This document shows positions 57,489 through 64,000 of a stretch of DNA of 64,000 bases, one piece after another. The stretch comes from an uncultured bacterium. GTDB lineage: Bacteria; Fidelibacterota; Marinisomatia; SCGC-AAA003-L08; GCA-002704045. The notes beneath the pieces are model-generated. The model saw only the letters and a program-made list of their open reading frames with translations. It was not told where the DNA came from and searched no databases. The stretch lies in contig CAYFPO010000003.1 in NCBI GenBank assembly GCA_964345035.1, positions 73,329 to 137,328 on the forward strand, read 5' to 3'. The translations under genes and the position numbers were made by a program. Position 1 is the first letter of the stretch, and each line of letters opens with the position of its first letter.

Positions 57489-58871
57489 TTACCTCAATAT
57501 AATTGCAGAATGTTTTTTATCAATTTGATAATCATCTGCAGGATTTAACTCAACAGCGATAAATTCATCACTTGATAATTTTATACCAGCGACTTCCAAT
57601 TGATCGGTTATCATATCCCTTATAAAAGAATCACCTTTGTCGCTCATTTGATCTTCAAGACTAAAACCGGATTTTCTAACTGCATAACCAATCAATAAAG
57701 AATTGTATTTCAGCTTGAAAAATGCTGCTATTTTATTATGATTAAGAATTGCAATTTCATCAGGAATCTTTGCAACCTGAAATCCCTGGCTGCCATTTTT
57801 ATGTTGAATTAACTCATCATATAATTGGGGAATCCCAGGGTCTGTAACATGTTTAGCCAATAGATATGGGATATGCACATCAGTGAAAACAATTTCGTTC
57901 ACATTTGCACGTTTCAAATGAGAAATATATTCAGAATTAAAAATATGGGAAACAACCTGAATATCTTCTGAAATGGATTTTGCTGTCAATGCAGTCAGGA
58001 CAGTCCTATCCTCATCGGGTGTTTCATTCGGCATCAATCCTGTTTCATCAGGCACTATCATAAAAGTATTACATGAATGTATGAATGCTTTTTTCAGCAC
58101 AGTTTCTTTAGTATAGTTTTCTGATAAATGTGTAATTTCCAATCTCTCAAACCCGGAAATTGCTCTATTGATCAATTCAGTATCCATCTCATTTATTAAT
58201 ATAACCGCTGAATTTGCCCCGCGGTCTAATTCTATTAATTTAAGAGTGGACGGAACGAAACTATTCCAACCAGCAATGATCAAATGTCCTTTAAATTTAC
58301 TTTCATCCAATGTATCATCTCCTTTCAGGCGGGCTGCCACCATGACTGACGCAACAGCACCACCAAGCAATGTAACTATTCCAAAATTCAACAACATAAT
58401 AATAATAGATAATCCTTTACCTAAATGGGTAACCGGACTGATATCCCCGTATCCAACAGTTGTAAATGTAACTACTGCCCACCAGAAAGTATTAAACAGA
58501 GTGTCCAGTAAATTTGGATTTTCCTTCGCTATATCTTCTGATACGGTACTGTAAAAGGTATCCCATTCTATAATTGACAATGTAATTGTGGAAATAAATA
58601 ATAAACCTGTTGCCCATACTGCATACTTAAATAAGTCATTATTCCGGTAAAAGTTTTTGATTCGTTGGAAAATATTTGATTCAGATGCAGCTATGTGTTT
58701 TTTGGGGACAGAAATAGTTTCTAAATGACTATCAACTGATGATAAATATTTATTACTCAATGAGGATTGTAATTCAGTCATTACGGCAATATTCTTATCA
58801 ACAAATTCCTGGATTTTCAACTCCAGATCTAAATTTGATTTATTATCAATTGGTGGATTTTCGGGAACCAT
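57489..58871 (-). CDS. 2-TM potassium channel with cytoplasmic RCK/TrkA-N domain (MthK-like)
   Basis: 460 aa. Selectivity filter TFTTVGYGD, then GHLIIAGWNSF Rossmann-like RCK domain and an ~85-aa N-terminal extension. Confidence 0.85.
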   Translation of the reverse strand: MVPENPPIDNKSNLDLELKIQEFVDKNIAVMTELQSSLSNKYLSSVDSHLETISVPKKHIAASESNIFQRIKNFYRNNDLFKYAVWATGLLFISTITLSIIEWDTFYSTVSEDIAKENPNLLDTLFNTFWWAVVTFTTVGYGDISPVTHLGKGLSIIIMLLNFGIVTLLGGAVASVMVAARLKGDDTLDESKFKGHLIIAGWNSFVPSTLKLIELDRGANSAVILINEMDTELINRAISGFERLEITHLSENYTKETVLKKAFIHSCNTFMIVPDETGLMPNETPDEDRTVLTALTAKSISEDIQVVSHIFNSEYISHLKRANVNEIVFTDVHIPYLLAKHVTDPGIPQLYDELIQHKNGSQGFQVAKIPDEIAILNHNKIAAFFKLKYNSLLIGYAVRKSGFSLEDQMSDKGDSFIRDMITDQLEVAGIKLSSDEFIAVELNPADDYQIDKKHSAIILR

Positions 58872-58888
58872 TTTTTGTTAAAACTCAG

Positions 58889-60397
58889 TTAATTTTCCAG
58901 AATAATATTTACAACCTGAATTATATCTAATACATTAATAATACCATCCTGGTTTAAATCTGCTGCCCAGAATTGTGCGGGTGAAAGTTCTGCTCCTAAA
59001 ATTGCATTTACCATTGATATTATATCCAGAATGTCAATTGTATCATCCAAATTCACATCCCCTAAAATACCATTAAATGGAATACTAAATTCATAAGTAT
59101 GAATTTCGTGAGCATAAACTTCAAATGTGACAGTTTCTATGATTTCATCCTCCACAATATAATCAAATGTCTGTTCCCCTTCCGGAAAACCAAAATAAAA
59201 ATGACCAGTAGAGTCCTGACTGAATATTTTACTGTTTAATTCAGAAACTAATACACCATTTAAAAAAGGATTGTCCGGAGATGAATTTATGTTAATATCC
59301 AGCCAACCTGCATACGCAGGGTCGAATTCAAATACAAACAATCCATGCTGCATATCAGTAGCATATACATAATTATTTCCAGTAAACGGAAATGCACCCC
59401 AGCATCCAAAATAACCGTTATTATTATCTTCAGGATAAGTATCATAAGCTGCTATTTCAATGGGATCATCCGGATTAAACATATCAACAATTTTAAGTCC
59501 GGTAGTATAATGAGAAATATAGACTAAATCACCTTTAATATGAACATTGTGGGCGAGGTTATTTTCTCCCAAATATTCTCCACGCAACTCGATATTATTT
59601 AAATTAGAAATATCCCATATTTTAACAGTCTTATTGGGAGTTTCTTCAGTGGTTACAATAAAATTATTATCTTCAGTGACCCAGGCATTATGGGCATATC
59701 CGGGTGCAGGCGGCGTTATTCCTGCGAGCAATTGTAAATTATCCAAATCTGATATATCATAGATTCTATAATGATATTCCCAACCTTCAGAAACATAGGC
59801 AATTCCATTTTGAGTAAATACATCATGACAATTTATTCCATAGGAATTTTGAAAACTCCCGACATGTTCCGGATCACCAGGATTCGTAAGATCAACTATA
59901 TGTATATTATCCGGCCAGGTGTGTTCTATAAATGCAAATCCTAAGGATTGATCAATCCACAGATTATGTGATCGAACTATGCCTGTATAAGTGTTGAGTT
60001 TTATCGGAGGATTATCTGGTAATGGGCTGAGATCCACGATCTGCATTCCTTCATCCTCACCTGACATTTCATTCACAATATATAGATGATCATTAAAAGT
60101 TTTATAATCCCGATGATAATAATAATCACCTCCAGAAGGACCGGGGATATCAGCAATCTCAATGGGATTTTCAGGATCTGTAGATACATCCAGTATGATT
60201 GTTCCGAATCGATAGCCAAAAATTGCATACTCAATACCCGTTTCATCGGTATATCCCCAAACATCTGAAATGCCATAATTATTGCCCGCATTTTGAACCA
60301 TTGTAATACTCACCAATTCCAAATTATAATTAACCGGATTAGAGAATAATATCTTAAAACAAAATAATAAAATTGTATTTCTTGTGGAATTTTTCAT
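58889..60397 (-). CDS. LVIVD-repeat (choice-of-anchor-B-like) beta-propeller protein with C-terminal dockerin-type module
   Basis: Repeats such as LYIVNE..GMQIVDLS, IHIVDLTNPGDPE, YRIYDISD, VKIWDISN, LKIVDMFNPDDP. C-terminal GDVNLDDTIDILDIISMVNAIL...ADLNQDGIINVLDIIQVVNIIL (nt 58892-59062). The ORF is open to 60475; the start at 60397 gives a signal peptide. Confidence 0.75.
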   Translation of the reverse strand: MKNSTRNTILLFCFKILFSNPVNYNLELVSITMVQNAGNNYGISDVWGYTDETGIEYAIFGYRFGTIILDVSTDPENPIEIADIPGPSGGDYYYHRDYKTFNDHLYIVNEMSGEDEGMQIVDLSPLPDNPPIKLNTYTGIVRSHNLWIDQSLGFAFIEHTWPDNIHIVDLTNPGDPEHVGSFQNSYGINCHDVFTQNGIAYVSEGWEYHYRIYDISDLDNLQLLAGITPPAPGYAHNAWVTEDNNFIVTTEETPNKTVKIWDISNLNNIELRGEYLGENNLAHNVHIKGDLVYISHYTTGLKIVDMFNPDDPIEIAAYDTYPEDNNNGYFGCWGAFPFTGNNYVYATDMQHGLFVFEFDPAYAGWLDININSSPDNPFLNGVLVSELNSKIFSQDSTGHFYFGFPEGEQTFDYIVEDEIIETVTFEVYAHEIHTYEFSIPFNGILGDVNLDDTIDILDIISMVNAILGAELSPAQFWAADLNQDGIINVLDIIQVVNIILEN

Positions 60398-60473
60398 TTT
60401 CGATTGATATTCCTTATTGGGAATATAAATAAATTCAATAATGTTAAAAAAGGTATCATAGGAAGAATTTCTC

Positions 60474-60516
60474 AAAAAAGCAGAAGAGCCCCGAATAAAT
60501 TCCGGGGCTCTTCTGC
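60474..60516 (-). terminator. rho-independent terminator of the 1001-aa surface protein gene
   Basis: Minus-strand RNA GCAGAAGAGCCCCG-GAAUUUAUU-CGGGGCUCUUCUGC-UUUUUU: a 14-bp GC-rich stem plus U6, 28 nt after the stop codon. Confidence 0.9.
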
Positions 60517-60544
60517 CTCACCAAACTGTAGAGAATCGATTTCT

Positions 60545-63500
60545 CTACTTCATTAATAATAACTTCTGTGTATGGCTATAAGTTCCAGCGTTCATTTTAA
60601 CATAATAAATACCGCTAGAAAATTCAGCGCCATTCCATGTTAACGTATGATTTCCACTGGATACTGTACCATTCACCAGAGTCTCAATCTGACGTCCCAT
60701 AATATCATACACTGCAATCATAACACTGCCAGTTTCTGGCATAGAATAACTGATTGTAGTTGCAGGATTAAATGGATTTGGATATGCTGGAGATAAACGA
60801 TAATTTACAGGTGCATTTGAAATAGATGAAGAAACTTCTTCTCCATTCCAATTTGCGACAAGAACTTCATTTAATTCCAGATTTCCGGTATAATTGAACA
60901 ATTCACCGGTTATATCCTTACCTTCAAGTGAGATTATCAATACAGTGCCATTATGTTCATACAGATCATATTCGGAATTTCCTGTAATTGTGTAATCTCC
61001 GGATACAGATAATTGAATACCGCCAATACTTGATTCAGCATCAATTGCCAACGAATGATCATTCAAAATGAAAGATGCATTACCTGTAGTGGAAGATTCA
61101 ACCCGATTGGTTCCAAGGATCCAGTTTACGATAATCACGATATCAAGAACATTTATCTCGCCGTCACCATTCACATCAGAAGCAGCTGCTTCATCCGGTG
61201 TAGGATCATCTGTATCAAGGATGAAGTTCACCATAATCACGATATCAAGTACATTTATTTCACCGTCACCATTCACATCACCAGGAGTGACTGAACTTTC
61301 AATCTCTGCACAAGCAGTGTTGGATGCTGCAGATTCACCTTCATCATATACAGCAGTCACAAAATAGCAATGTTCTGTTCCTGCCATTGCAGATCCATCC
61401 ACAAAGCCGGTATCAGTTGTGTAATCAAGTATTTCACCGTCACGATACACATTGTATCCGTTTAATTCTCTGGATACTTCACCGTAATCCAGTCTTGCAA
61501 ATCCATATCCTTCTTCAGTTAATGTAGCAGGTTTTATGAATATACCAAGTTCTGGATTAGTGATACGATTCCCGTATTCATCATGGTATAGATCATATAA
61601 TGCCTGTTCTTCTTCAGAACGACCACAGTCATATCCGCAGAACTCACATGCATCCGGGCAGCAGTCACCATATCCTTCACATAATGAATCACAATAGCAA
61701 CCGCCAGGTGACTGATCTTCGCAATATCCTTCACAGGTAGCATCGCCACCACCGCCGCCACCGCAGTCGGTGCTTGAGGAGGTAGCAGTAACAACTTCTG
61801 ACATTATATCACCGGCGCCAATCTGGAATACATACGTTTCACTTGGACCGAATCCAAAGAAAATAAAAGATTCATTGAATCCATATCCTGTTAAGTCAAA
61901 CGGGTTTTCACTTGGATCATCTACACCAAATCCAAGAAAATCTAATTCACATCCGCCTTCCCAGGATATTTCGAAATAATTACTGTTTTCATAGCAATCT
62001 TCCGGACTGACAACCATAAAGTTATCAATGGATTCACAATCTCCTGGAGGAGGTGGTGGTTCACCACTACATACTCCATAAGGATCGTCAATAGCTTCAC
62101 AGTCACCACAGTCGTTACCATACTCCGGACATTCACCACCGGGTAACCAAAAGGTTAATCCATAATCACCGTTATCACACCAACCATCACCAAGCCATGT
62201 TGTTTGACCTTCTACACAACCGTCGTAGGTGTCATTTGCACAATCTTCATTATTAAAACACACACCGGCACAATCTACATATTCAGCAGAACCATCGGGG
62301 CATGGTGGGAAATCTCCACCTCCGCCACCACCGGGTGATGACCAGGATAATGTAATGTCACTATCGCCTGCTGTTGCAGTAAGATTAGATGGTGGATCTA
62401 AATCCGGATCCGGACAATCATCCAGTGTTTCAGCACATGAACCATCAGGACATGTAACCAATCCCTGGTCTTCACAGGATTCTACTTCACCAACTGTGAA
62501 ATCAAAAGTCCCTACAGCACCACTTGCGATTATATTACCGTTTGCATCGGTAATATCCCATGTAATTTCACTGTCCCAGCTTCCACCACCAACTGTGATA
62601 GAATAATTACCTGCTTCGAGACAGAGTATATCAGTTCCTTCGGAGCCATTATCCAATGTACCGGATGCTACTACACTTCCACCTGCATCAGAGATAGTAT
62701 ATGAAGCACCATTCCATCCGTCACCATAGGAATCATACATATTCATAAATAATGTTGTACAATCCGGACAATCATCCATTGTTTCTGCACAGGAACCGTC
62801 AGGACAGGTAACTAATCCCTGATCCTCGCATGATTCTGATCCGCCTTCACAACCTGGATCATCTTCCGGACAGTCACCGCCGTCACAATCGTAACATGTC
62901 AAATCTGCGCCATACTGCTGATCATTACAGTCGGGGTAGCCATCACCAATCCAACTTTCAGGCCAGCATTCAAATGTACCATCGCAATCCAGTACGTAAC
63001 CTTCACCGCAGTCACCTTCTTCCGGACAGTCTTCCAGTGTTTCTGCACAGGAACCGTCCCAGCAGGTAATAAGACCTAATTCTTCACAAGTCGCACAATC
63101 ATTTGTAGCTTCACTTGCACCTACATTTCCGTCATCAAATGTAATGATAAAAACTTCTGTGACACCCGGTTCAAATCCAAAGAAATAGAAACCACTTGTA
63201 AAACCATAAGATGCGATGTCCAAGAAGCCGCCGCTATATTCCAATCCTGTAGCAAGACATCCGCCTTCCCAAAATAGATAAAAGTAACCGCTTCCATCGT
63301 CCCAGCAGAGATCATTTTCACCATCTCCGTCAAGATCATCACTACCATACGCAATAAAAGTTTCATCACACACATCTCTTAAACCTTCATCCTGAATTTC
63401 ATTCTGAAGTTGTTCTAGTTTAAATGAATGATCAGTATCACTTTTCTTTGTTATCCTATTTTTATTCAGCGAATCAGTTGCAAAGGTGAAGCCAATTACC

Positions 63501-63550
63501 AAAACACCCGTCAATAAAACGCTTAAATAATAGTTATATCCTTTTTTCAT
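60545..63550 (-). CDS. 1001-aa mosaic Cys-rich secreted protein with Fn3-like segment, dockerin-type module and T9SS C-terminal sorting domain
   Basis: Signal/anchor MKKGYNYYLSVLLTGVLVIGF. Three CE(D/E)(Q/L)GL(V/I)TC(P/W)DGSCAET..DCP modules, two W(I/L)GDG..DC...DGGDC/DCGDC modules, one C.G.C-x7-C.CD..C...GDCC.D....C module, poly-Gly and poly-Pro tracts. Dockerin at aa 757-813. C-terminal PNPFNP...SGIYYVKM...LLLMK. Confidence 0.8.
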   Translation of the reverse strand: MKKGYNYYLSVLLTGVLVIGFTFATDSLNKNRITKKSDTDHSFKLEQLQNEIQDEGLRDVCDETFIAYGSDDLDGDGENDLCWDDGSGYFYLFWEGGCLATGLEYSGGFLDIASYGFTSGFYFFGFEPGVTEVFIITFDDGNVGASEATNDCATCEELGLITCWDGSCAETLEDCPEEGDCGEGYVLDCDGTFECWPESWIGDGYPDCNDQQYGADLTCYDCDGGDCPEDDPGCEGGSESCEDQGLVTCPDGSCAETMDDCPDCTTLFMNMYDSYGDGWNGASYTISDAGGSVVASGTLDNGSEGTDILCLEAGNYSITVGGGSWDSEITWDITDANGNIIASGAVGTFDFTVGEVESCEDQGLVTCPDGSCAETLDDCPDPDLDPPSNLTATAGDSDITLSWSSPGGGGGGDFPPCPDGSAEYVDCAGVCFNNEDCANDTYDGCVEGQTTWLGDGWCDNGDYGLTFWLPGGECPEYGNDCGDCEAIDDPYGVCSGEPPPPPGDCESIDNFMVVSPEDCYENSNYFEISWEGGCELDFLGFGVDDPSENPFDLTGYGFNESFIFFGFGPSETYVFQIGAGDIMSEVVTATSSSTDCGGGGGGDATCEGYCEDQSPGGCYCDSLCEGYGDCCPDACEFCGYDCGRSEEEQALYDLYHDEYGNRITNPELGIFIKPATLTEEGYGFARLDYGEVSRELNGYNVYRDGEILDYTTDTGFVDGSAMAGTEHCYFVTAVYDEGESAASNTACAEIESSVTPGDVNGDGEINVLDIVIMVNFILDTDDPTPDEAAASDVNGDGEINVLDIVIIVNWILGTNRVESSTTGNASFILNDHSLAIDAESSIGGIQLSVSGDYTITGNSEYDLYEHNGTVLIISLEGKDITGELFNYTGNLELNEVLVANWNGEEVSSSISNAPVNYRLSPAYPNPFNPATTISYSMPETGSVMIAVYDIMGRQIETLVNGTVSSGNHTLTWNGAEFSSGIYYVKMNAGTYSHTQKLLLMK
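61131..61280 (-). repeat. 48-bp direct repeat (3 mismatches, 102-nt period) encoding the two Ca-loop/helix halves of the dockerin-type module
   Basis: 61131-61178 and 61233-61280 align as ataatcacgatatcaag[a/t]acatttat[c/t]tc[g/a]ccgtcaccattcacatca. Both copies encode DVNGDGEINVLDIVI(M/I)V. Confidence 0.9.
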
Positions 63551-63714
63551 TTTTTCCCTTTCCTTGAGTAATCAATAATAGATTGTTTAATTGATTTATT
63601 ATTTAGTTACGTAATTTATGAATTAATTTCCCTGTAACTATAATAATAAAGATTACATAAATATTGGTTCTTTAATAAAGGACAGAATGGTTTCAAATTG
63701 TAACAGAAGCTACA

Positions 63715-64000
63715 TTAATACCATATAATTATATAAGATGACAAAGCGATTTCAGGGCAATACCCATCACCAAGGCAGGTCGGCGGTTCTACACAATTTG
63801 CTCCATCTACTCTGCAGGCGTCATATTCAAGGACATTTTCTTCTCCGACTTCAATAAATTCTGTTATGTCTACGATATACGGTTCTACATCCATTCCAGG
63901 GCACCATCCTGCTCTACCGTAACCCCAAGTTCCAAATTGGTTCGGAACTACTCCCTGGCTAATTGTTTCAGGCTCCATACAGTAATCTAAATCTCCTGCT
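63715..64000 (-). CDS. PNGase F-like / Cys-rich secreted protein, C-terminal fragment (5' end outside the window)
   Basis: The frame stays open upstream of the listed Met to the window edge (...AGDLDYCMEPE...). GTWGYGRAGWCPGMDVEP resembles the RAGWCPG motif of the peptide-N-glycosidase F C-terminal domain. Confidence 0.5.
   Translation of the reverse strand, partial: AGDLDYCMEPETISQGVVPNQFGTWGYGRAGWCPGMDVEPYIVDITEFIEVGEENVLEYDACRVDGANCVEPPTCLGDGYCPEIALSSYIIIWY

Noticed and set aside
61068-62606. Plus-strand ORFs (99, 67, 69 and 125 aa) inside the 1001-aa surface-protein gene, some rich in Pro/Gly/Ser
   Set aside because: They are antisense reading frames of a Cys/Asp/Gly-rich repetitive gene. 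The minus-strand frame has a signal peptide, recognisable modules and a T9SS tail, so the plus-strand ORFs are artefacts.

Overview
Visibly AT-rich bacterial chromosome segment. T9SS C-terminal sorting domains, a GGGPS/PcrB homologue and dockerin-type modules suggest an uncultured, marine-type member of the FCB superphylum (inference only). I call about 60 protein genes and 4 tRNAs (Pro-CGG, Pro-GGG, Arg-CCT, Leu-CAA). I saw no rRNA, CRISPR array, transposase, prophage or recognisable defence system. Bases 1-16.6 kb are almost all plus-strand housekeeping genes (xerD, ftcD, mutL, yajC, def-fmt-rsmB, rpe, hflX). From 16.8 kb on, almost everything is minus-strand, including nusA-infB-rbfA-truB-ribF-rpsO-pnp, ald, leuS, gpsA, purM and a fadD-like ligase. 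There are three accessory regions. (i) 18.9-26.0 kb holds a porin / NrfD anchor / Mo-bisPGD catalytic subunit / 4Fe-4S subunit / TorD-like chaperone operon with a divergent LysR regulator; the catalytic subunit carries the active-site pattern I associate with respiratory arsenate reductase (ArrA), not generic polysulfide reductase. (ii) 26.1-30.8 kb holds a PepSY-TM / DUF4920 / ChaN / GH114-dockerin / NMO-like operon. (iii) 52.7-64 kb is a surface-protein region with several dockerin-module proteins, T9SS cargo and a 1001-aa mosaic Cys-rich protein. The most interesting signal is an in-frame TGA at 55117-55119. It sits at the first position of a U-x-x-C thioredoxin-fold redox motif, is followed by a SECIS-like hairpin, and joins two annotated ORFs into one candidate secreted selenoprotein. 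Other oddities are an hflX whose N-terminal domain is encoded in frame but has no ATG/GTG/TTG start, and a 188-nt element bounded by perfect 13-bp inverted repeats at the point where gene orientation switches. All functional calls come from reading motifs in the translations; no database search was possible.
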